Assembly: GCA_002269645.1 (NCBI GenBank)
Contig: NIVC01000206.1
Coordinates: 434,001 to 498,000 of the forward strand
Direction: 5' to 3'
Length of the DNA: 64,000 nucleotides
DNA from: Macrostomum lignano
Taxonomy: Eukaryota
Positions within the stretch are counted from its first letter, which is position 1, and each line of letters begins with the position of its first letter. Under the pieces are notes generated by a model that was not told the DNA's origin, searched no databases, and saw only the letters and a list, made by a program, of their open reading frames with translations. Position numbers and translations under genes: made by a program. Below, in pieces: positions 44,156 to 56,556 of this stretch.

Positions 44156-46638
44156 GGCCTATATAGCCAGTTTCTTTAAAAAAGGAGCAATTGTAGGTTT
44201 TTGCCATTTCAAACTAGGCCTAAGCTTAGTAAATATGGACATAAAATCAATCTACTACCATGTGTTATACTTGTGCAAGTTCAAATATTTACTTATGGAA
44301 ATGGAAACTATTAAATAAGCTACTATTTTTTGAAAAAAATAATTAGGCCTAAGGCTAAAGTTTCTAAACATGCAAAATTAGAGGATTGACAAAATGTTTT
44401 CTGTGGTCTTATATAGTCTAGGCTTCATGTGACCTAGCGTATGTGACCATTCATGTGACCATTTTGGCTACAATAGGTTTTTGATCAATACATCATATGG
44501 CAAGGAATAAAAAAGCTAAAAAATGACATTTAGGCTTTTAGCCTATAGGCCTAGCCATATAGGCATAGAAATCAGTTAGGGCTAGGCTCAATAAAAAATG
44601 TTATAGCTAAACCTATTACTTTTTTGACACATTTTCAGACACATCTTCTGAGGTTCCAACAATTTCCGACATTTTTTGACACCGACACTTTAAGTGTCTT
44701 AAAAAGGTGTCGGAAGATATGTCTGAAAATGTGTCGGTGAAAGTTATACAGGTTTTTGGAATTTGGGTTTACTAGGCAGTAGTAGTAATAGTAATTTAAT
44801 GGCAGTGCTTATCCCCACGGTACCATAGGAATAATTTCTGTCTTATTCCAACGGTACCGTGGGAATAATTTTCTGCTTATCCGCACGGCACACTGACGAG
44901 ATAGCTGGCCCGCTTCCATTTTCTATGCGGGTAACCATATTAAAATGTCAGCATTTTTTTACAATTTTAAATCAATTTAAGCGTACTTCTCGCTTTAACA
45001 AAAAATATTAGCTATTGTAACATATTTACACAATTCACTTCATAAGGTTTTTCGCTGAGAATCTCAACTTTTTTTTAGTTATTGCTGACATAGACTTACG
45101 GACATAAGTTTCTGCGTGTTTTACATTAATTTATTTAATTACTTTAGATCATGGTTACTGGGTCGTTCTCAAAATCAGGCACTGCTTATGCTTCCGTTTT
45201 TTTTCTTTAAAAATTCGTGACTCAATCTTTACCTAAGAACGAATTATAGATGCAACAAACGTATTTTGTGTCGTAAACCACAACAAAATGTCAGGACAGC
45301 ATGGAATGCCGCTTTGTTTAAATATTATTATCGGAATTATTTTATTGCACGAAAACTAGAAATACACCAGCATATCATCGTCAAATTCTATAGAGTAATT
45401 TATTCTTTTAAAATAGATAATAATTTCATTTAATTAGTTTTCTGTTTACGGAGCGCCGAACCCTTAAATAAACATATTTTGTTATAATATGACTGTATAC
45501 CTATGATACGCATTCGTTTAACTTTGAACAATTTGTGCGTCGCGCAACCTGAGGGTACTATCTCAAGTATTACATTGCTTTGTTCGTGACATTTTCTAGC
45601 TATTTACAAATTAATTACAATGCGCATTGCGTTGGATAACGCAAATATAGTAATTCAAAACATTATCTGAAAATTGTTAGCTACATTTCTTAGCGTGAAC
45701 GACTGATATGTGCATTTATGCGCGAAATTTAGTATCCCGCTAGGCGCTAATTCATATCTGTGGTTACAAGAATGATTGCAAAGTTTATGTATCACATAAT
45801 CCTTTTGGATGATTCAAACATCCATAGGAAGATCTATATGTACTCATATTTTAACTCAGAAGTCTGCTTCAGACGGAAAAAGAATATATTTATACATCTA
45901 CAGCAAAAATTAAAGCATGAGTGTATAATAGAGAAGCTTTATAGTAAGTATGAAATTACAAAGGCAGTTTAAATATAGCACACATGGCATATAAAGAGCT
46001 GAGAAAATTCGTGTGCATTGTGTATAGTCTCAAAAAGTTCAAGAAGATGCAAAAACTGGAAAGAAGAGACAAAACAAATCAAGCACAGAAATGAAATATG
46101 ATTGCAAAAAGCTTTGTTGCATTGTAAATATGCATGGAATATTGGAGTTTGGACATCTTAATATATGGTACATATGAATGCAGCCTGATATTCTGTAGAA
46201 TTATCTATGTTTGACTCTAAATGTAATTATTTATTATAAATAAGACATTTTCTTGTCTTATATTTTTTATTCTTGCAAGAAATGTAGTCTTGCAAACAGC
46301 TATATACTCTAGTCTGCTATGAATGGATACAATATTATTAAACAAGAAGAAATTTAAAAAGTACATGTATACTGACTGGTTTATGCTAAAGTATTACAAT
46401 CCAAAAGGATTTACAAACGTTACTGCAGGACAAAAACAACTGAAAACAATTTGATGAAATGGGTAGATTAAAAAACATTTATCTGTATATGTAGGCATGA
46501 AGGAACTATATAATGAAGCTATCGAAACAGTCATGCTTGGACTTGACTGCCCCTGAATCAATAAAAATAGTGCATGAAGAATGATAGTATTTTAAACATA
46601 GTGTGCATTTAACACTAGTTTAAAGAAATGTAACAGGA

Positions 46639-47593
46639 TGTGATGGACCGAGTTTTGACATCATGGGTGTCGGATTATAATCCTCCAATACTTCGCCTCT
46701 TTTGGGCCTTCACCTTCGACTTACGTTTTCATGTACTTTTAGTCCCTTTAACATATTAATTAGTTGCAGCTAACCTTATTTATTGTCTATGACCTCATCC
46801 CTACCGTTTAGCCAAGCAATTCCAGCAATAGTGACCTAGCTCATCCTTTGCGTTTACCACTTTTATATCTATGTACAAGACCTCCTCTCCGTTATAGGTT
46901 TCTCTTAGCTTTGCTCCCCTCAGGCGCGTCCATGTTCCTTTCTTTCTGCTTTACCTTTTGCTTCCACTGCCACGAAATACACTCCATCTACTAACTGCTC
47001 ATTAGTTTGTTGTCCAAGCGACAAATTTGGTAGCAGAGCGTTCACAACTCTTCAAATAATTCATGGTTATTATGCGTTCGATGGATGCCGGCGACACCAC
47101 CTCCACTTCTGCAACCACTACTGCTCTGGCGCATACCATGCCGCCCACTCCGACCGCTGTTGCTGCCACCGCTGGCACTAGTTCTGGAGCCCCCACTGGT
47201 CCTGATGCCTCTTTGACACCCAACTTTAACGACCGCTACGACCTCGCCGGGACCGACCGGGGCCCACAACAACTGGCTGCTACTCCTACTGCGCCGGTCA
47301 CTGCTGCCACCCTCACCCCGACAACTCCTGGCATCGATGTCAACGCATTGATGACCGCGAAGATGCAGCAGAACCAACAGCTAATACAACAGCTCGCTGC
47401 CGCAGTCCATCCTGCTGCAACAGCGGAGCCTGCTGCACCGCCCACCTCAACGCCGCTGGAGATGCCGACTCCAAGGAGGCCATACTCCCTTGTCTCTGCC
47501 GCAGCCGATGGAGGCCTCGTTCCGCATTCGGATTTAAATACGAATGGTTCACCTTACTTGTACTACTTGCGCCTAACTTTATTTAATATATAA
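46639..47593 (+). mobile_element. Truncated LTR retrotransposon (5' LTR + tRNAi-Met PBS + gag N-terminus) nested in the Sola2 element
   Basis: TG start (46639, or 46629) to CA at 47023. PBS TGGTAGCAGAG at 47028-47038, complementary to the animal initiator tRNA-Met 3' end. Followed by the T/A/P-rich ORF ending at 47593. Confidence 0.7.
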
Positions 47594-47705
47594 ATGTGAG
47601 CAAATCAACCCCTACTTTAATGGTATATAGCACGTACAATTAGGATAGGATTTCATTTTTAGTATATAGGATATATAGGATAGTTAGAGAGCTGAGATGA
47701 GCTAC

Positions 47706-49859
47706 CTAAGGTTCGTTGCAAAAGTCATAAGGGAGCAGCGCCTTTTCATCACCACTTGCACGTCCACGTCCACCTCCGCGTCCTCGTCCACCTCGGCGTC
47801 CACCTCCGCGTCCTCGTCCACCTCGGCGTCCACGTCCACCTCCACGCCCACATCCGAGTCCACTCGTTGCAGTATCAGGAGCTGGCGCCTCCGGCAGCAT
47901 CAGCGGCGCCCACACTTTCATCTCGTGGCATGGGCAGGCTACTGCTGTACCAGGGCACATGCAGGACAGCTGACGGTAAGTGATCGGCCCACCATCAGTC
48001 CTTGAGACGTCGTGCATCGACTTCGAGCCTGGCATGCCGCAGAGGTCCTCACCTACGAAGGTGATGATGCTTGTGAAATAGTTCATGTCCTCTGGCTGAA
48101 CCAACCATGTGAGTATGTGCAGAGGGCTACCCGATCTGATGGCTTCCATAACATCCTGAGGTGTTACAACGTCCTGCCGGCTAGCCACGACTTCATCGCA
48201 GCGGCGTTTGATAGCCGCTCCAACTCCATCCGCAGCACCTTTGCCGTGTCCGGCCTCTGTGTAGATCCAACGCCAGCTTGACACCCTCATGATCTTCATC
48301 AGGCGGTCGAATAAGAAAACCATCTTGCGATTTCTATACTGGCTGGATGGCGAATCAGAGACGATGACGATCTGGTCCAGTTGGCTAAAGGCGTCCTTAT
48401 CGACATCGTGCTTCTCCTTAAAGTGGCGAAGGACTGGTTGTAGATGAGCGGCGATGGCCTCCGCCGTCTTACTCCTCTCTCCTGATACCGTTGCGAATGA
48501 GCAAGGTTGATGTCCAGCCATGTAGGCCACGCCTTGATGAAGCACCACCTGATCCTTGTCGCCAAAGTGCGCCGCCTGTACCTCTTTGTGGTACTTCGCC
48601 GTATAGTTTTCGGAGAAGTCTATGTGCAACAGGAGCTGTCCCGGCTGCAGAGTATCCTTAACCTGGCGGATTGCACGATACTGGTTCCGCATCCGCATAA
48701 AGTGGCCCGCAAAGTCGACTAGTTGCACCATCAGCATGCTGATAGCCGTCTTGCATGATGCCGTCTCTTTGACCACATCCAAGCCGCTGCGTCCATCTGT
48801 CCGAGGCTTCCAAACGCGGTACACAACCTGTGGCTCAGCCTCAGCTGTCTCCGTGACTACAAATGACTTGCGACGGCACTCGTCGCATTTGCGCAGCAGG
48901 CAGTCAGCGTATTCCATGTCGCAGACCATTTCATTCAACACTTTAGTAATGTGGTGGCTGTGAAGAAGTCCAGCAATGTGCATGCCTTTGATTAAGGACT
49001 CCGTGTTAGTGCACTTTATGCACATACACATGTCTCGGTCACACAGACGAGCCCTCTTGACATACCATGGCTTCCAGCGGTTAAATGTTGCCCGGCTGAT
49101 CTTCACACCAGGATACTCCCAAAGGAACTTTGCATGGAGCAGGGAGACTGAGCTCAGGAGATAACGCTTCTGCTTTGTCTCCTTCTCCTCGCCAAATCTC
49201 TTGGAGATGCAATCCTTCCGGGAGGAGGTGGCCCGCGAGTTTTCGTCCTGGCAAAAGTACTCCTGGACGACGCTCACAAGCAGATTTATCTTCGGCGCTC
49301 TCGGCTGCTTCAAGATCTTCGCGGAGGCGCCAAAGAAGGCCATGACGGCCTTCCGTCCTGCCTCGTGGGCGTTTAGACAGGCAGCCTTGATTACTCGCCG
49401 GGTGTTATTGAACCGTCTGACTGACTGCAGCGCTCTCTTCACATGGCTAGCTATGTTGGTGAAAGTCTGAAGCCGGCAACTTTTTGCCGCCAATTCCTTA
49501 TTCGCGCGGTGAAGTTTCACTCGCAGGCAGGTTTTGCTTGTCTTGCGCTGCTTGGCAGCAGTCTCAAGCAGGTGCACCCTGGCCTTTAGCTTGGCATTCT
49601 CCCGCTTGAACGCCGCTGCCGATCTTGCCAAGGATCGCTGGGGGATCTCTGCCGAAGTGCTGGACCCTGCCTTGTCCTTGCGATTGCCTTTGTCCCTATA
49701 CTTCTGCTGTTGCCGCCGCATGTGCTCTAGGTAGCTACTGTGGGAGCCAAAATTTGTTTTAATATATTTTTTCCTCTTTTCACGCCGCTTTTGTCGTTCA
49801 GTCGGCTTGAACGGCATTGCTTGAAACAGATGGTGGGAATTTTTGTGTTTTGCAGTCAT
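47706..49859 (-). CDS. Intact DDD transposase (Sola2-like), ~717 aa from the first ATG
   Basis: Uninterrupted ORF with HIDFSENY, SDSPSSQYRNRK and EAGHGKGAADGVG catalytic motifs, Cys clusters (CMCIKC; CDMEYADCLLRKCDEC), basic N-terminus and an RGG-rich C-terminus. Confidence 0.88.
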   Translation of the reverse strand: MTAKHKNSHHLFQAMPFKPTERQKRREKRKKYIKTNFGSHSSYLEHMRRQQQKYRDKGNRKDKAGSSTSAEIPQRSLARSAAAFKRENAKLKARVHLLETAAKQRKTSKTCLRVKLHRANKELAAKSCRLQTFTNIASHVKRALQSVRRFNNTRRVIKAACLNAHEAGRKAVMAFFGASAKILKQPRAPKINLLVSVVQEYFCQDENSRATSSRKDCISKRFGEEKETKQKRYLLSSVSLLHAKFLWEYPGVKISRATFNRWKPWYVKRARLCDRDMCMCIKCTNTESLIKGMHIAGLLHSHHITKVLNEMVCDMEYADCLLRKCDECRRKSFVVTETAEAEPQVVYRVWKPRTDGRSGLDVVKETASCKTAISMLMVQLVDFAGHFMRMRNQYRAIRQVKDTLQPGQLLLHIDFSENYTAKYHKEVQAAHFGDKDQVVLHQGVAYMAGHQPCSFATVSGERSKTAEAIAAHLQPVLRHFKEKHDVDKDAFSQLDQIVIVSDSPSSQYRNRKMVFLFDRLMKIMRVSSWRWIYTEAGHGKGAADGVGAAIKRRCDEVVASRQDVVTPQDVMEAIRSGSPLHILTWLVQPEDMNYFTSIITFVGEDLCGMPGSKSMHDVSRTDGGPITYRQLSCMCPGTAVACPCHEMKVWAPLMLPEAPAPDTATSGLGCGRGGGRGRRGGRGRGGGRRGGRGRGGGRGRASGDEKALLPYDFCNEP

Positions 49860-50382
49860 TTCAAGCAATTACAGCTGCAGTCTAATTTGGACAATCATGT
49901 GATTGGGAATCACTTAGATGTTACTAGGGGCAACAAACCCAGCAATGTCACTATTAGATGCCTCAACTGCCAGTAGGACCTAGTGGAAAAGCTTCAAAAA
50001 TGATATCCAAATTTTGCAGTCTATTTTGTGCTAAATCTGCATAGAGTCTAAACTGTATCTTTCATTTAAATAATGCCAATAGCTACTTGCTTATTGGGAC
50101 ACAAAATTCAGGATTTTTTGCAAGAAACTGTACATTTCAAAGTAAAATTTTCCAAATGGCCAAAACTTTTTTTGATGGACCAATTTCTACAAATAAAGCC
50201 ACTTGATTCATATTCTTTCAGTCATTGAGATCTAATATCTAATTTAAAACATCAATTTTAATTTCAAGTTTAAAATGCTACTGAATCCCTTACTCATAAA
50301 TTACAGTTTGTATGTATTGCCTGGTTTCTAAATTGTTAACATATTTTGTGTGGCTTATATGCAATATTTTCTTTTAAAAAAT

Positions 50383-50755
50383 TAATGCTCCTACACAACA
50401 CCTAGTAAAACATTCTCCAAAAAATTCAGCCCAATCAGTTCTTTCAGTGACCCATGATGGCAGTCCCAATGGTTTGACATATGCAAAAGTGCATGTTTTT
50501 TCAGATGTTTTACTTAATTGTGGGGCTCAGAGGCAATGTATTTAAAAATGCAAAAAATGCTCCCATAAGACACCTAGTCTAACACTCTCCAAAAAATTCG
50601 GCCCAATCAGTTCTTTCAGTGACCCATGATGGCAGTCCCAACGTTTTGACATATGCAAAAGTGCATGTTTTTCAGATGCTCTGCTTAATTGTGGGGCTCA
50701 GAGGCAATGTATTTAAAAAAGCACAAAAATGCTCCTGTAAGACACCCAGTTCTCC
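50383..50755. repeat. ~172-bp tandem duplication in the Sola2 5' region
   Basis: ctccaaaaaattc.gcccaatcagttctttcagtgacccatgatggcagtccc occurs at ~50415 and ~50587. Confidence 0.85.
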
Positions 50756-51997
50756 ACTTTACTCCTTTTTTTGGTCATTATCTTATTCCAGTGTTGCAAA
50801 ACTGTGGTCCCAACGTTTATTGGCTTGTGCCTGTCTTAGTAGCAATTAATTGTATAAAAAAATATTGCAACAACTGTGGTGCACTAATCCATATAAAAAC
50901 ATCACAAATACAAAGATCACATTATAAGGCACAAAAAAACGCCAAAAGACGCCATATGCATTGCTTTCACCTAAAAAACTAGCAATATATTTGTACAATT
51001 CAACTGCTAGTAACTAGAACAGTGATGCGTTTAAGTGATGAAAGATTGTGTTTAAGTCAAGGAACAAATCACTAAGCAGTCATTCTTTAATAAGAAGCAA
51101 ATTCTAATGTTCTTTTCTTCCTTCCTGTGCAAAATAGTTTATTTCTGATGTTTCTTTCCCATTGAATTTTTTCACAAAACATGACACCGTCTTAGCGTTA
51201 CATCGAAGAAATGGAAATATTAAATTGATAAAATGACTCAGTAGTCAGTTGCTTTGACAACCGTACCAATTTCACTGTTTCGAATGATAAATAAAGTACT
51301 TTTCTTTCAACAGCTACGTTTACCCTGTTGCTTGTTTTGCATGAAAGGCTGGTTCAGGGTCGAAAATTTTTTTTCTTGTTTTATCGCGTAATTCCTGATT
51401 TTGAGAACGACCCTACTGTAACTTCATTATATCTCTTACTTACTTAGCAGTCTTAGTTTTATTGTTTTTTTTAAATTTTATTGTATCTTTTATTTTATCA
51501 TTTTGTACATGGCAGACTGCAGACTGCTGCTCTGCTGTCTGGGACTAGTATCCAGTATATCTGGCGAAAAGACATTCCATCGATAGGTAATCCAGCGACA
51601 GTTAAAGCATTGTCACTATTGACATTGTCACAATTGACAATTTTCATGTCACGTGACAGTTGTCGCATTGCATCCTATGAATGACAATTGTTATATTGCG
51701 TGACAATTGTTAGAGGCCTATGCATACTTGTGCCTAAAAGCCATTAAAATGATCCATGGCTTGGCTCATTGGTTTTATGAATAGGCCTATATTTTATTTG
51801 GGCAAACTCCTAGTTTGCTGCATTAAATTATTTTTACATTTAAAACCTTTTAAAAGTAGAGAAAGTTGCCAAACGTCTTCTCCGGGAAGAGGCGGCGCCA
51901 GAGATAGGGCCTACTTGTTCAGGTGAGTCTCGAATAGTGCGTCACTTGTGCCATGCATTTTCCGGAACTTGTCCTTCACTTGTGCCCACGATCCATG

Positions 51998-52561
51998 CCA
52001 CAGCCAGGAAGACGGTAGAATCCTCGGAATTTTCCGGCGCAAATCAGCAATTTGCCGGCGCACGGCGCACACTTCACTGCGCCGCGCGCATGGGCTCGGC
52101 GCATCGGCGCATGGCTCGGTGCATCGGTGCATGGCTCGGCGCATGGCGCACAAGGTACGTCAGTGTACGTGACAATATAATAATGAATAATAAAAAAACG
52201 TATATTAAATGTCAATCAATCAATAAAATAAACGATAGTCGATACGATAGTCGTTATTTCCAATGTTGTTTCTATTTCAAATTTCATTAATCGACTTAAC
52301 AAACTTAACAAATTTGCGCCTTTCGCGGCTTTTGTTGCGTCTTTTTGCTTATATTTTGCAAATAGAAGCCATGATTGAACTGCTTGAACTTCCATTGATA
52401 TTGATTCAATTTAGATACTTAATACTTGATGGTGCTTTTTCAAGTGTATTTTTCTCGGCGCATGGCGCACAAGTAATTTTTTTTTCTCGGCGCACGCGGC
52501 GCACAGCAAAAATTTTGATGGATGTTATTCCGGCGCACACGCTGCACCTTCCTGACCATGG
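51998..52561. mobile_element. MITE, CCA...TGG termini, 8-bp TSD
   Basis: ccacagccaggaag / cttcctgaccatgg (11/14). Exact TSD GATCCATG at 51990-51997 and 52562-52569. Internal ggcgca repeats. Confidence 0.78.
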
Positions 52562-53240
52562 GATCCATGAAGATACATTGTAAAAAAATTCAACGCAGCA
52601 AACTAGGAGTTTGCCTTTATTTGTGCACTGAAACAGAAGGCCCATATTGTACTTAAATGTACTATACTTAGGAATTTACTAATTGACTAAGTTACAAATT
52701 TACAAATAAATATACCATATGCTAGGGTAGGACCTAGGATACAGCTAGGCCTAGGATACAGCTAGGCCTAGGCCAGTTGGTGAAAAATAGTTGACAAGTT
52801 TAGGCCTTGGCTTACTAATTCCCTTTTAAATATCAAGACAATAGGGCCTATATTAGGCCTAGTCAACAATTGTCATTTCATCTTTCAAGTTTCTTTGACT
52901 CTTTGACTTTCTTTGCTCTTAGTCTTAGATAAGCCTAGGCCCCCTATTACAAAATCTGTGATAATATTAAGGCCTATTAATAAAAAATTGTTGATTTTTT
53001 TACTTTTTATTAATATTTGTACTTGTAACTTATTTCAACTAAGTGGCAGGCCTACAACTCAATATAAGGCCTAATGCAATACAATGCATATATAATAGCT
53101 AGATATCCACTAACCACTTATATTAATAAAAATAATGTAGAGTATTTATAGGCATGGCAGCTGTCTATAAGTATGGAGCTTATAGGCATGGTGGCTGTGT
53201 CTATAATATTAGAGCTTATAGGCACAGCTAGGGGGCCTAT

Positions 53241-54427
53241 CAGTGTTGGGCACCGTTAATGAAAATCTTAACTTCCATTAATAGCAAAAGCGTTAGCGTT
53301 AAAACAAAAAAATCTTAACTTTTTAACTCTTAATTTCATTAATTTAATTGAAAATTAACTGATAATCATTAATAAGCATTAATCCATTAAAGTTAACACA
53401 GAAAATACGGAAATCTTGCATGTTTTTTCCAAAAGAGACTTCATATTGCACATCTTTGCTATCCCTATTGCAGTGCATGGCTTAAGTACACCAGACGCCT
53501 ACACAACCTGCGCCACGCTGTGAAATGACTTACCTGTGAAAGAAACCCTAAAGCAAAATTAACGCAGTTTTGGGTAAACGGCAGGAGTAACTATGACTGT
53601 CCTATCAAGCCTAAATGCCTTGGCATCTAATTAGTACTACGCCCGTATTCTATGGGGTGGCATTTTTGCGACTTACCCCTGGTCCACCACCAATGCTGCG
53701 CTGCGCAGGCTGATCCGCGCCGGACGCCGTCCGCCAAAATGCCCATGCGCTGCAATCAGGTTTGCTATTCCATCTTTTTAGCAAAACACAGAGGTTATCT
53801 AAGCGATTTGAAAGCTAAAAAAGTAATAAATAATCATTTTAAAAATTTGCATGCATAATACTACTAAAAGTAAAGCATATGGTAAAAAAAGTAACTTATT
53901 TTATTTGAAACTTAAAAGCTAATAGCAAGAAATTCATAATTAAATACGCATAGGAAGGTTGTTTTAGTACCATTAGCAGGCGCAGCAAAAAGTTGCGAAA
54001 GATTGGGACAGAAGTGAATCAAAGCGATTGATGTTCACGCGCAAGAAATAAAGTTTCACACTATTTTAATTCATTATTTTAAAGTTTATTTGTAAGAAGT
54101 TGTTAATTACATATACATTTGTATGATCATCGTCATAAATAAAGAGATTATATTTAGGCATATAGGTAAGCTCAAATACATTCGTAATGTTTAAACTTCT
54201 TGTAAGACTTCTATTTTTTGTTCCTTCTTTGCGTCTTTGGTCATTGACATAGACACTACCGTTAACGATGAATTCATCGTTAATTCACAAAACTTTTAAC
54301 GCAAATTCGTTAATCCATTAGTTAAAAAAATCTTAACGACAGTCCATTAACGTTAATGAAAAATCTTAATGCTTATTAACGCTTATTAACAGATTAACAT
54401 TTATTAATAGACTGGTGCCCAACACTG
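53241..54427. mobile_element. hAT-like non-autonomous element, 14-bp perfect TIR CAGTGTTGGGCACC
   Basis: TIR at 53241-53254 and 54414-54427; subterminal ttaa/ttaac-rich repeats. TSD not clean (acagcta at 53224-53230 and 54428-54434, offset by 10 bp on the left). Confidence 0.7.
53572..53635 (+). other. 64-nt 28S rRNA-like fragment (helix 69-71 region, R2/I-PpoI target site)
   Basis: gggtaaacggcaggagtaactatgactgtcctatcaagcctaaatgccttggcatctaattagt; 52/64 ungapped identity to the conserved eukaryotic LSU sequence as recalled. Confidence 0.75.
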
Positions 54428-56308
54428 ACAGCTATAATCATCAATATAAAATGCATGTTCTATAGGGTTCCCTCATAAGCAAATGGTGGCTTAGTGGATA
54501 TGTCAATTGCCTTGTGATTGTGTGTAGAAAGGTTCAAATCTCAAGTGGTTGAAGTTTTTTTAATTTGAATTTTTTAGCAGACAAAAATTTTTGCATCTTG
54601 AACTTTTTAAGTTTTTTAATTAAAATAAAATTATAAATTAAATTAATTTTTTTAATAAGAGTAAAACAATCTTAAAGTGCGACCACAATTATATTTATTG
54701 CTGTATCTATAAGTATTCAAAGTTATAGATTATTACACATTTTATATTATTAGAATTTTCCTATGTTTTTGTCTTCACTTATTGTTAGAATTTTATTTAT
54801 TTTCAAGTCGTTTAATTACACATTTAATAAGGCTATATAATGTTTACCTTATAACAAAGTATGGCCAATATGTATCAAAAAAATGGTTGTAACTATTTTT
54901 TCAGTAGTTACAACTTACATATATAATTAGGGCCACACTTTAAGATTTAGTGTTACTTTAAAAAATTTAATTTCATTTAAAAAATTCAAATAAAAAACTC
55001 TGTCCACTTGGGATTTGAATCTTTTGACACAATCACAAGGCAATTAACTTATCTGCTAAGCCGTTATTGGCTTATGAGAGAGCCCTACAGAACATGCATT
55101 TTATATTGATGATTATATACATGGCAGCCATGCCTATAAGCTCTAATATTATAGACATGGCCACCCACCGTGTCTTTAAGTGTGAACCCATTCAATATTA
55201 ATGACATGACCACCCATCATGTCATCAAGTGCAAACCCATTCAATATTAAAGACATGCCTACCATGCAAGTTTCATTGACATAGTGGCCATGCCTTTAAT
55301 AATGACTAAGTCTATACTTATTGTAACAGGGGAGATTCTTCCTTCTTAATAATATCCCACTGCTTTTACCAAAAGCTGTCCTAGGGCTCTTAATTATTCT
55401 TTTGTTTAGCTTTACTCGCTGCCACCAAGCTGTTATAGGTGTGTTAATTCTGTCTTTCTACTTAATGTACTTTTGCATAAATGTACTACTGATATTGGTA
55501 GCGTCTACTTATCTACTTATATTGGTAGCGTCTACTTATCTAATGGTAGTGGTTGTACATGCACTGTACCTTTTGCCTGAGCAGTCTATTGGCACTGTTT
55601 ACTCTTATATCTCTCAGTCCTGGCGTTCCCGGGATCAAAGGGTCACAGCTTTATATTTTCCCTGCCCTGAGGTGACTTTCCCTTGCTATGAAGCGGTTCT
55701 TCTACCCTGAGGCGAATTCACTATTTTCTATCGTTTTCCTGCCCTGAGGTGATTCTCGCTTTTTAGGGGATCTTAATACTCCTGATTTGGGGCTTCTACT
55801 CTAAGAAATGATCAAGTCTTAAAGTGATTTCAATATTTAGAACAAACTAAGTTTGCTTATTGAAAACCAAGAGGCAGCAAAAGGTCACAATTTATTTTTC
55901 CTGGCCCAATCTAGGCCCCTATTTATACTATGAATTGGCGTAATTTTAAGAAAATAATAATTCCCAAAAATATTTTTACAGATCACAACATTTAAACAAA
56001 ATATTTAGTTTTCGTGCGAATTTGAACAAAAGCTTTCTAAGAAATACAGTATTCATGCATAAAAATAGTTATTACTTCAGTACTTCTTAGGCACTATATC
56101 ATTATAGACAGTGGCTATGTCTCTAAGTGTGGTGTAATAATAATAATTATAATCACTAATCAGTGGTCTTTTATAGGACTAAACATTTGGTCAAACTGTT
56201 TTCAACTTTAGCTTGATCTATATGGTACTTTTCTAATATATTTTAAAAACTCAAAAACCCGATGCAACACAATAGTCAACATGTTAACTTTTGCACTGAA
56301 TCATGCAT

Positions 56309-56464
56309 GCGCAACCTTGGGATTCACCTGGCTGTTTCTATTGGCAACACACACATGTAAGTTGCTATTGGTTGAGAGCAGTCACGTGACTACTATTCCA
56401 TCCAATAGTGACTTACATGTGTGTGTTGCCAATTGAAATAGCCAGATGAATCCCTAGGTTGCGC
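56309..56464. mobile_element. 156-bp palindromic MITE; related copies near 56815-56900 and 61885-61960
   Basis: gcgcaacct.gggattca.ctggct.tttc.attggcaacacacacatgtaagt mirrored on the right half. Confidence 0.8.
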
Positions 56465-56492
56465 CCAAGCATGCACTGAATACAGGTGTAAT

Positions 56493-56556
56493 ACTAATTA
56501 GATAGTAAGGCATTTAGCCTTAGTAAGATAGTCATAGTTACTCTTGCTATTTACCC
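56493..56556 (-). other. Second 28S rRNA-like fragment, more diverged, inverted relative to the first
   Basis: Reverse complement gggtaaatagcaagagtaactatgactatcttactaaggctaaatgccttactatctaattagt. Shares non-rRNA flanks (gcagtttt upstream; a.tac.cc.gtattc downstream) with the 53.6-kb copy. Confidence 0.7.

Larger units (their letters stand above)
45160..51413 (-). mobile_element. Sola2-type DNA transposon, 6254 bp
   Basis: Perfect 20-bp TIR gggtcgttctcaaaatcagg (45160-45179 / 51394-51413). 4-bp TSD TACT (45156-45159, 51414-51417). GRG termini and 4-bp TSD match the recalled Sola2 definition. Confidence 0.85.
53150..55170. mobile_element. Foldback element with ~330-bp imperfect arms, each containing a tRNA-like unit; left arm interrupted by another element
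   Basis: Left arm 53150-53230 + 54431-54690 mirrors right arm 54920-55170. A/B boxes at 54487-54497 and 54531-54540, inverted at 55053-55063 and 55010-55021. Boundaries approximate. Confidence 0.65.

Noticed and set aside
53572-53635. Functional rRNA gene
   Set aside because: Only 64 nt, diverged, with no flanking rDNA; recorded as a derived fragment.
54484-54550. Functional tRNA-His genes in the foldback arms
   Set aside because: A/B boxes are present but acceptor and anticodon stems do not pair convincingly; treated as tRNA-derived.
55322-55888. Possible solo LTR (TGTAAC...CACA)
   Set aside because: No TSD, PBS or PPT could be verified.
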